Shown piece by piece: positions 10,689 through 18,812 of a stretch of 64,000 bases of DNA; the stretch's first letter is position 1; each line of letters opens with the position of its first letter. This stretch comes from Planctomycetota bacterium. GTDB taxonomy: Bacteria > Planctomycetota > UBA8742 > UBA2392. The notes below the pieces were generated by a model that was given only the letters and a program-made list of their open reading frames with translations, had not been told where the DNA came from and searched no databases. The stretch spans positions 599,028 to 663,027 of the forward strand of contig JAOSKM010000003.1 in the NCBI GenBank assembly GCA_027493625.1, in the 5' to 3' direction. A program made the position numbers and the translations under genes.

Positions 10689-11644
10689 GCCGGAAGATAG
10701 CGGCGCTGCGCGTACTTTGTGAACGCCGGGTGGCCAAGCGGTTTCAAGAAACGACCAAGGGCATGAAGGCCGAGCAGATCAGCCTCCACCTGCAATCGGT
10801 GTTGGCAGCGGCACTGGTGAATCCCGGCATTGTCGTAGCGGAGATCACTAAGGGAAGGGCGATGGCACTCCAAGTGGGAGGTGTGCGCGGAAGTACGAGG
10901 CCGGTACTGCTTGCGTTGCCATGCAACGGCCAAGAGGAGCGCGAGACTTTTCGGCGACTGGTGATGGCGCTGACCCACGAGGTGTCCGCGCTCGTTACGG
11001 GACCTGTGTTGCCGGATGCCTCAACGGTCGTGCGGGCGCTGATTGCGGAGTGGCTGAAAATCACCACGCTCGAATGGCGCGGCGACCAGTCCGACACCGC
11101 AGAACGCATACGCGGCTCCGTTCCAACGAAGAAGCGAAACGGTCGTTCGCCGAGACGGCGAAGCAAGCCTCGCACCAAGCGTTCCGCACGCACACGACGG
11201 AAAAAGCACATCGAGAAGAAAACCAAGTCGGATTTGGCATCACCACACCCGGACTTTCCAGACGTGAGTGCAAAGCCGATTGACTGGCGACCGGGCAGAC
11301 GAGGGCGACCCCCACGAGGAGCCGTAAGGCGCAGGGACGGAAGCTGGACGATTCCAAAGGGCTTTCGCGTGATCCAGGGAAAGGTGCATCCGCCTCTTAC
11401 GATCACCGGGAAGGCCGTGTCGCTACGGAAAACCTCACCGACATCAAGCCAGAAGGACCGGCACAATCCAGCCCAGCACGCAACCGAAGAGACGGGAAAG
11501 CCCGACACATTCACCTCTGAGGCCGAAGTTCCCCCACAACCGATCTCGGAAGAATCACCGGCCGAGGCACAAACAGAAAAACCTTCGTCATCGGATTCGG
11601 GGACGGAAACGAGTTCCGGCGAAGCCCGCGAAGAGCCCCCATAG
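10687..11644 (+). CDS. hypothetical protein with a Lys/Arg-rich central region
   Basis: ORF; RSPRRRSKPRTKRSARTRRKKHIEKKTK basic tract. Confidence 0.4.
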
Positions 11645-11749
11645 TGCTAGATCGTCACCGCACGGTGTACAGGTCTGCTGACGTTGGCAGAGGCGAGCAC
11701 TAGCTGGCGAGCGGCAGCTTCGTCATCCGTTTCCATCAATCGGTTCAGC

Positions 11750-11830
11750 CCTGTACAAGGTTGCGCCGAGCCGCAAACCTTGTACCCACTACTTGTACCT
11801 ATTGAGTTGGCTCGTGCACTTTCCGTACAA
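11750..11830. repeat. cluster of TGTACA-containing inverted/direct repeats next to the tRNA-Arg 3' end
   Basis: cctgtacaaggttgcg ccgag ccgcaaaccttgtaccc hairpin plus further cttgtacc and ccgtacaag copies. Confidence 0.5.
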
Positions 11831-11833
11831 GCA

Positions 11834-11866
11834 AGCGGCCTCCAGATTGGCTCTGGAGGCCGCTTT
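11834..11866 (+). terminator. rho-independent terminator
   Basis: agcggcctccaga-ttgg-ctctggaggccgc followed by tttt. Confidence 0.7.
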
Positions 11867-11871
11867 TAGGC

Positions 11872-11947
11872 TGGTACACCCGGAAGGAGTCGAACCTTCA
11901 ACCTTCTGATCCGTAGTCAGATGCTCTATCCATTGAGCTACGGGTGC
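11872..11947 (-). tRNA. tRNA-Arg(ACG)
   Basis: GCACCCGTAGCTCAATGGATAGAGCATCTGACTACGGATCAGAAGGTTGAAGGTTCGACTCCTTCCGGGTGTACCA; canonical cloverleaf, encoded CCA. Confidence 0.9.
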
Positions 11948-12149
11948 GTTCGCGGCTGCCTGCGCGGCCGCAAGGGGCAAACGATTACCGCTGTTTGGGG
12001 CGCTTGTCAACTACCGGTCAACCCGGGATACCGCCCCTTGTCCCCGGCCTTACAGGCAACGAATCGCGGTTGCGGCCTGGCGCGGCGGGTCCGTTGACGT
12101 CGCGGCCCTTGCCGGAATAATGGTTGTCTGGATCTTTGCCGGAAACCCG

Positions 12150-13460
12150 ATGTCCGAACGCATCCTGATCGCCGACGACTCCCGTGAGCTCCGCACGGTG
12201 CTGTCCGCCCAGCTTCGCAAGCTGGGTTTCGACGTGCAGGTCGCGGTCGACGGCCAGGACGCGCTGGAGCGCGCCCGCAGCTTCAGGCCCACGCTGATCA
12301 TCATGGACATCATGATGCCGAAGCTCAGCGGCCTGAAGGCCACCAAGAAGATGCGCGACGACCCGGAGCTCGCCCACACGCCGATCATCCTGATGTCCCA
12401 GCTCGGCGAAGAGCAGGACGTGGTGGAAGGCATTGAGGCCGGCGCCGACGAATACCTGGTCAAGCCCTTCCGCCAGGCCGAGCTGGCGGCGCGTGTGCGC
12501 ATCCTGCTGCGCAAGGCTTCCGGTGCCCGGAAGAACCTGGACGAGACCACGGCCCAGGGCCTCGAGTCCGCCGAGGAAAACGATGCGGTACGGCGCTTCA
12601 AGGAAACCGGCCAGATCGTCAGCAAGGACTTCGCGGGCTTCACCATCATCGACAAGCTGGGCCAGGGCGGCTCGGCCACGGTCTACCGCGCCATGGAGCC
12701 GGTGAACCTCAAGCCCGTGGCGCTCAAGATCATCAGCCCCTTCGCCGCGGTCAAAGAGGGTTTCATCAAGCGCCTGGCGCGCAGCAACGAGATCGCCGTG
12801 CGGCTGATCCACCCGCACATCGTGCGCACCTACACCATGGGCGAGTACCAGGACGTGCATTTCATGGTACAGGAACTGGTGGAGGGCCAGGCCCTCGACA
12901 ACTACATCCATGAAGAAGGCGGCCGCCTGCCCGAGGCCAAGGCGCGCCGCTACATGCTGCACATGGCCGAGGCCATCCAGTACCTCGAGCAAAAGGGCCT
13001 GATCCACCGCGACATCAAGCCCGGCAACATTTACGTCAGCCAGGACGACGTCGCCAAGCTGGGCGATTTCGGGCTCTCACGCCAGCGCGACGACCTGGGC
13101 CAGACGGCCGAGGGCTACCTGCTCGGCACGCCGCATTACATCAGCCCGGAGCAGGCTAACGGCGACAAGCAGATCGACAGCCGCAGCGACCTTTACTCGC
13201 TGGGGGCGACCTTCTTCCACCTGCTCAGCGGCCAGCCGCTGTTCCCGGGCGACAACCTGCAGCAGGTGGTGCTCGCGCACCTGACCAAGACGCGCCCGCG
13301 CCTGGCCGACCTGGCGCCCGACACCAGCCCGGAATTCTGCACCATCATCGACAAGCTGGTGGAACGCGAACGGGAACAGCGCCACCAGAGCGCCGCGGCG
13401 CTGATCGAGGCGCTCAACGCCCTGCCGCCGCTGCGCAGCCTGAAGGGCCTCTCCACATAG
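12150..13460 (+). CDS. response-regulator receiver domain fused to a Ser/Thr protein kinase
   Basis: REC motifs (ILIADDS...IIMDIMMP...KPF) then kinase subdomains (GQGGSATVY, ALK, HRDIKPGN, DFG, SPE). Confidence 0.85.
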   Translation: MSERILIADDSRELRTVLSAQLRKLGFDVQVAVDGQDALERARSFRPTLIIMDIMMPKLSGLKATKKMRDDPELAHTPIILMSQLGEEQDVVEGIEAGADEYLVKPFRQAELAARVRILLRKASGARKNLDETTAQGLESAEENDAVRRFKETGQIVSKDFAGFTIIDKLGQGGSATVYRAMEPVNLKPVALKIISPFAAVKEGFIKRLARSNEIAVRLIHPHIVRTYTMGEYQDVHFMVQELVEGQALDNYIHEEGGRLPEAKARRYMLHMAEAIQYLEQKGLIHRDIKPGNIYVSQDDVAKLGDFGLSRQRDDLGQTAEGYLLGTPHYISPEQANGDKQIDSRSDLYSLGATFFHLLSGQPLFPGDNLQQVVLAHLTKTRPRLADLAPDTSPEFCTIIDKLVEREREQRHQSAAALIEALNALPPLRSLKGLST

Positions 13461-13665
13461 CAGCCCGGCGCCCACTGTGCCAACCGGGCGCGCTCGCTCG
13501 ATGAAAATCACCTCACGGTCCGAAACGTCGTGCGGGGGCAGCCGGCACACTTCACCTTGCCCGGGATCGTCCCCTCTTCTTCAAACGCGCTCGGGAAACG
13601 TGACCCGTCACGGGTATACTGTTGCAGCGGCCACCATCACGGTCGCGCGGATCGACAGGTTCAAC

Positions 13666-14322
13666 ATGAAACCAGCCCGCACACTGCGGATCGCCACACT
13701 GGCGCTGTTGCTGCTGGCCGTGAGCGCCTGCCCGGAAGACGTGAAGCAGGAGGAGCGCAAGGCCACCCAGGACCTGCTGCTCGACCAGTTCGACGCCACG
13801 AGCTTCCCGACCTCGACCTGGACCATCACCGGCACCGGCACGCTGGTGCAGGACCTTGCCGTCGGCGCGCCCGCGCCGGCCATGCGCCTGGACAGCACCG
13901 GCACACCGGCCGGGCTGATTTCCGCGCCCCTGGAAGCCGGCGCCCACTTCCGAGTCAGTATCGCCATCGACCCCGCGCCCGGCAGCGGCGCCAGCGCCAG
14001 CTTCGTGCTGCGCAACGCGTCGGGCGGCGCGGTGGTGGCCTCGGTCACCGTAGAAGAAGGGCAGATCACGTACGTGATGGGCGCGGCCGCGCCGGTGGTG
14101 AAGACCTGGACCACCGACGGCGCATTCCATGTGTTCGAGTTCGAGGGCAGCAACTCCAGCGTATCCGGCGGCCACTGGTGGAAGCGCGACGGCAGCCTCG
14201 AGGCCAGCCACCTGCAGCCCACGGGCGCCAGCTATATGACCATGGGCCTGGAAGGCACATCTTCAGGTAACGCCTGGTTCGACCATGCCTGGGTATTCCG
14301 ATACCTGGCCTACCCGCACTGA
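13666..14322 (+). CDS. lipoprotein, hypothetical
   Basis: MKPARTLRIATLALLLLAVSAC lipobox start within ORF 13477..14322. Confidence 0.5.
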   Translation: MKPARTLRIATLALLLLAVSACPEDVKQEERKATQDLLLDQFDATSFPTSTWTITGTGTLVQDLAVGAPAPAMRLDSTGTPAGLISAPLEAGAHFRVSIAIDPAPGSGASASFVLRNASGGAVVASVTVEEGQITYVMGAAAPVVKTWTTDGAFHVFEFEGSNSSVSGGHWWKRDGSLEASHLQPTGASYMTMGLEGTSSGNAWFDHAWVFRYLAYPH

Positions 14323-14369
14323 TAACCGCGCCGAGTTTCAGGCGGCGGAGTGCAGTCAGGGGCCACGAA

Positions 14370-14500
14370 AACACGAAATCACAAAAGGTAAGGCCACAAA
14401 AGTCTCGCTGCGATACTGACGGCCGTCGTGCGATGACGTTCAGCGTTTCGTGCGCTTTACTTTCGTGCTTTTGTGCTTTTGTGGCCCAGGCCGCAGTAAT
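14370..14500. repeat. REP-like imperfect palindrome, same family as the 16.9 and 18.3 kb repeats
   Basis: ggccacgaaaacacgaaatcacaaaagg ... cttttgtgcttttgtggcc. Confidence 0.6.
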
Positions 14501-14542
14501 CCCAGCCCTTCCATGCGGCCGGGGCTTCGGCAAACTGCGCCC

Positions 14543-15503
14543 ATGCGAATCTTCCTGACCGGCGCGGCCGGCTTTATCGGCTCTCACCTGGCCCGGGCCC
14601 TGCTGGCCCGCGGCGACAGCGTGGTGGGCTTTGACGACTTCAACGACTTCTATGACCCCGCCATCAAGCGCCGCAACGTGGAAGATACCCGCAAGCTCGG
14701 CGGCGAGTTTCACGTGATCGAGGGCGACCTGCGTGACGCCGAAGACGTCAACGCCGCGCTCGGCGAGGTGGACGTGGTGGTCAACCTGGCGGCCCGCGCG
14801 GGCGTGCGCCCGTCGCTGGAGCAGCCGGTGCTGTACACGGACACCAACGTGCGCGGCCTGGTGCACATCCTGGAAGCCATGCGCGTGCGCGGCCTCAAAA
14901 AGCTGGTGCACGCCAGCTCCAGCAGCGTCTACGGCGGCCAGGAGAAAGTGCCCTTCAGCGAGGACGACCCCATCAACCTGCCCTGGTCGCCCTACGCCGC
15001 CACTAAGCGCAGCAACGAGCTGATGCTCGCCACCTGGCACCACCTGTACGGCATCGAAAGCCACGCGCTGCGCTTCTTCACCGTGTTCGGCCCGGGCCAG
15101 CGGCCGGACCTGGCGATTGCCAAGTTCATCAGCCTGATCGAGCAGGACAAGCCGATCCCCTTTTTTCGGCGATGGCACCACGGGGCGGGACTACACCTTC
15201 ATCGACGACATCGTGCAGGGCGTGGTCGCCAGTATTGACCGTGTCAGCGGCTGCGAGATCATCAACCTAGGCGGCGACGAGCCGGTGACGCTGACGCAGA
15301 TGGTGGAAACCATTGAGCAGGTGATGGGCAAGAAGGCCAAGCTCGACCGCAAGCCGGTGCAGCCCGGCGACGTGCCGCGCACCATGGCCGACGTAAGCAA
15401 GGCCCGCAGGATGCTGGGTTATGAGCCGAAGACCAGCTTTGCGGAAGGTGTTGCGAAGCAATATGAGTGGTGGAAGCAATTCAAAATTCAAAATGCAAAA
15501 TGA
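14543..15503 (+). CDS. NAD-dependent epimerase/dehydratase (UDP-sugar epimerase-like); frameshifted at the T6 run 15143-15148
   Basis: GAAGFIGSHL Rossmann motif, YAATK; removing one T restores ...[42 protein letters not shown], which is in frame with ORF 15213..15503. Confidence 0.8.
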
Positions 15504-15550
15504 AAAAATGGTCACAGCGGGGCAGTGCCATTTTGAATTTTGAATTTGTC
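15488..15550. promoter_or_regulatory. AT-rich compound inverted repeat (CAAAATG/CATTTTG heptamers around a GC core)
   Basis: caaaattcaaaatg ... cattttgaattttg 14-bp exact arms; overlaps the epimerase stop and lies upstream of 15574. Confidence 0.5.
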
Positions 15551-15573
15551 ATTTTGAATTGATTGGAGTCCGC

Positions 15574-16833
15574 ATGCGAACCACGGTTTGCGTGATCCTG
15601 CTGCTTCTGTTTGCTGTTGAGCCTTTGGCTCGGGCTGACGAAAAGCCCAAGGATACGGCCGTTGCGGTCAAGGCTTTTGAGTCCGAGCACTACCGCCTTT
15701 ACACCAACGTGGACGCCGCGACATCCGAGGAATACTCGCGGGTGATTGAGACCGCGTGGCCGCTGCTGGAAGAATTCTTCGGCGCGGCGCCGAAACTCAA
15801 GAAGGGCGAGAAGCTGGACGTCTACTTCCTCGCCAGCCAGGAGGACTGGCAGGCGCAGATGAAGGGCGACGGGGTCGGCATACCGATGGGTGCCGGCGGC
15901 TATTACTGGCCGGGCAACAAGACCGTCTACCTTTGGAAGCAGCCCACGCTGTACACCTCGCGCCAGTTGCTGCTGCACGAGTGCATGCACCAGTTCCATT
16001 ACCTGGCCTGCTGCGACAACAAGGGGCCGAAGGATGTCTGGTACATCGAGGGCGTCGTCGAGCACCTGTCGCGCCACTACTGGGACGGCGAAAAGCTGAC
16101 CCTCGGCGTGGTGCCGTTCTGCAGCCTGGAAGACTACCCGCGCCTCGCGCTCGAGCTGTACCAGCGCGACGACTACGACCTCGCCGCGCTGATCAGCGGC
16201 GAGCGCGCATCCGCCCGCCCCGAGCAATGGGCCCTGGTGCGCTACCTGCTGCAGCAGGGCGATGCCAAGCAGCTCAAGGCCCTGCGCAAGAAGCTGGACG
16301 GCGGGCAGGAAGGCCGCAACGTGTTCAAGAAGCACTTCGGCGACCCCAAGAAACTGCAGCCCAAAATCCACGAGTGGCTCAAGACCCAGCAGGAGCCCTT
16401 TGTGCCGGTCTGGAACGAATGGCAGGGCCAGGGCGCAAACGCGGTGCTGGGCACGGCCGCGGTCACCAGCGCCTGCCGTGCGCGGGAAGACGCGACCGAA
16501 TTGTCGGCCACGCTGCACGTGCCGGAGGGCGCCTGGAAAGGCGGCCTGCTGGTGGGCTTCAGCGATGCCGACAACTACACCGTGGCGCTGCTGAACAGCG
16601 AGGGCGGCTTCAGCATCAACCAGCGCGCGAACGGAACGTGGAACGTGCTCAAGCGCGGCGACGCGCCGCCGGCCGTGGAGGGCAAGTACCGCCTGAAGGC
16701 CGTGCGCAAGGAAGGCAGCATCAGCATCGGCGCAAACGACGTTGAGCTGGGCAGCTTCGAGCTGAAGGGCGCCAAGCTGGGCGTCTGCCTCGAGAACTGC
16801 TCGCTGCGCTTCACGGACATCACCTGGAAGTAG
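15574..16833 (+). CDS. secreted HExxH-motif protein (putative zinc metallopeptidase-like), hypothetical
   Basis: Signal peptide MRTTVCVILLLLFAVEPLARA; HECMH motif. Confidence 0.55.
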   Translation: MRTTVCVILLLLFAVEPLARADEKPKDTAVAVKAFESEHYRLYTNVDAATSEEYSRVIETAWPLLEEFFGAAPKLKKGEKLDVYFLASQEDWQAQMKGDGVGIPMGAGGYYWPGNKTVYLWKQPTLYTSRQLLLHECMHQFHYLACCDNKGPKDVWYIEGVVEHLSRHYWDGEKLTLGVVPFCSLEDYPRLALELYQRDDYDLAALISGERASARPEQWALVRYLLQQGDAKQLKALRKKLDGGQEGRNVFKKHFGDPKKLQPKIHEWLKTQQEPFVPVWNEWQGQGANAVLGTAAVTSACRAREDATELSATLHVPEGAWKGGLLVGFSDADNYTVALLNSEGGFSINQRANGTWNVLKRGDAPPAVEGKYRLKAVRKEGSISIGANDVELGSFELKGAKLGVCLENCSLRFTDITWK

Positions 16834-16892
16834 CTGGCGCTGCAGCAGTCACAAGTTCTGCCTCCTGCAGAATGGTCCGAAACACAACCTCG

Positions 16893-17392
16893 AAGAACGG
16901 CAACTGCATGCTCACGTGGAGGCGCCAAGGCGCCAAGAACTGCAGTGCTTCTCTTGGCGCCTTGGCGGCTTGGCGTGAGGCCGCTGTGCTTTGGTTTTAG
17001 GGGCCACAAAAGCACGAAAACACAAAAGGTACTGCGCACAAAAGCAGCAGCCTTTTCGTGGCGGTTCCTTTGGTGTTTTCGTGTTTTCGTGGCCTGCTGC
17101 AGTTTCCACGAATCGGTCTGAACCGCGAAGTACCGCCAAGCACCGCCAAGCACCGCGAAGAACGGCAACTGCATGCTCACGCGGAGGCGCCAAGGCGCCA
17201 AGAACTGCAGTGCTTCTCTTGGCGCCTTGGCGGCTTGGCGTGAGTCTGCTGTGTTTCGGTTTTGTGGGCCATAAAAGCACCAAAACACAAAAGGTACTGC
17301 GCACAAAAACAGCGGAGCTTTCGTGGCGGTTCCTTTGGTGCTTTGGTGTTTTCGTGGCCTCCTGCAGTTGCTACGAAACGGCGTGAACCGCG
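16893..17392. repeat. two tandem ~260-bp units of a palindrome-containing repeat family
   Basis: Each unit carries the hairpins ggcgccaaggcgccaaga...tcttggcgccttggcg and ggccacaaaagcacgaaaacacaaaagg...cctttggtgttttcgtgttttcgtggcc. Confidence 0.8.
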
Positions 17393-17436
17393 TCGTTCGA
17401 TGCCTACTACTATGTGAGGACTTGGTTGCCGGCGGA

Positions 17437-18207
17437 CTATAGAGTGATTCCCAGCTTCACCGTGAACCAGCTCCCGCCGCCGTTCTCGAATGCGAACCAG
17501 GTCCAGCCGATGTAGACAAACACCGGCGACAGGGGGCGGCCAAGCCTGATGCCCGCGCTGATCTCGGGCTCCGCGAACACCCCAGGGTCGAAGTTGAGGT
17601 TCAAGGCGCCATCCAGGCGGAACTCGACCACACCGACCCCGAAGAACGCCCAGTGTTGCAGCCGCAGGGCGGCGCGGTGGTCCAAGCCTCCTTCACTATG
17701 TGCGAACTGCGTCCCCTCGCCATAGTGGAACCCCAGAGCCAGTCCGGTGCCTCCACTGAACAGTGTCGAGCGCTGCAGCGGGAAGCCGCCGCTGCGTGAC
17801 AGCGACACCTTCCATTCACCCGGTTCGTCTCCGAAGTAATCGACGCCAAAAGAATAACCGCTTGTAATCCAGGCGCGCATCGGGTTGGGACTGACGCCGA
17901 AGCCGCGTTCCCAACCCGCATCGAAAGTCAATTGATGCGGCGCAAGAAGTTTCTGGTTGAAGCTCAACATCGGACCGAACACACGATCCACACCCACCCG
18001 GAACTGCACCTCCGCGCCGTACCAGCCTGAAGAGTCAAAGTCGGAGCGAAACTGCCCTGCGGCATCCAGCAGGAACGGCAACCGCCACGGCGGTGCGATC
18101 TCTGTAGGTGGCGCAGGTGGCTGCGGTGCAGGGGGTACGGGCGGCTGGCCAGCGCATGCTGCGGATAGAAGAACCGAGACAATCAGGATGGCCAGGCGCG
18201 GAAGCAT
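17437..18207 (-). CDS. lipoprotein / outer-membrane-like protein, hypothetical
   Basis: MLPRLAILIVSVLLSAAC lipobox; Gly/aromatic-rich. Confidence 0.55.
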   Translation of the reverse strand: MLPRLAILIVSVLLSAACAGQPPVPPAPQPPAPPTEIAPPWRLPFLLDAAGQFRSDFDSSGWYGAEVQFRVGVDRVFGPMLSFNQKLLAPHQLTFDAGWERGFGVSPNPMRAWITSGYSFGVDYFGDEPGEWKVSLSRSGGFPLQRSTLFSGGTGLALGFHYGEGTQFAHSEGGLDHRAALRLQHWAFFGVGVVEFRLDGALNLNFDPGVFAEPEISAGIRLGRPLSPVFVYIGWTWFAFENGGGSWFTVKLGITL

Positions 18208-18261
18208 CCTCAGGACCTTCGCAGATCGCGGATCAGCGAGGAGTCTAGCAAGACGGAAGCA

Positions 18262-18790
18262 TCATGCTCAACACCAATGACACGGAGCTTGGCTGCCTCG
18301 AGCTGAAGGGCGCTAAGAACTGCAGAGTTGTTCTTGGCGGCTTGGCGTGAGTCTGCTGTGCTTCAGTGTTAGGGGCCACAAAAACACGAAAACACAAAAG
18401 GTACTGCGCACAAAACAGCGGGGCTTTCGTGGCGCTTCCTTTGGTGCTTCCGTGTTTTCGTGGCCTGCTGCAGTTGCCACGAAACGGTTTGAACCGCGAA
18501 GTACCGCCAAGCACCGCGAAGAACGGCAACTGCGTGCTCACGCGGAGGCGCAAAGGCGCCAAGAACTGCAGTGCTTCTCTTGGCGCCTTGGCGTGAGGCC
18601 GCTGTGTTTCGGTTTTATGGGCCATAAAAGCACGAAAACACAGAAGGTACTGCGCACAAAACAGCGAGGCTTTCGTGGCGCTTCCTTTGGTGCTTCCGCG
18701 TTTTCGTGGCCTGCAGCAGTTGCCACGAAACGGCGTGAACCTCGTGGTTCGGAAACTGCATGCCTCGTTTCACCGATAGCACCTGGAAGC
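18262..18790. repeat. second block of two ~260-bp repeat units, flanked by a degenerate copy of the 3' end of gene 15574..16833
   Basis: Direct-orientation copy of 16893..17392; its ends resemble ...SFELKGAK and ENCSLRFTDITWK coding sequence. Confidence 0.8.
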
Positions 18791-18812
18791 GGCGCGGTGC
18801 TGGAAACCACGG

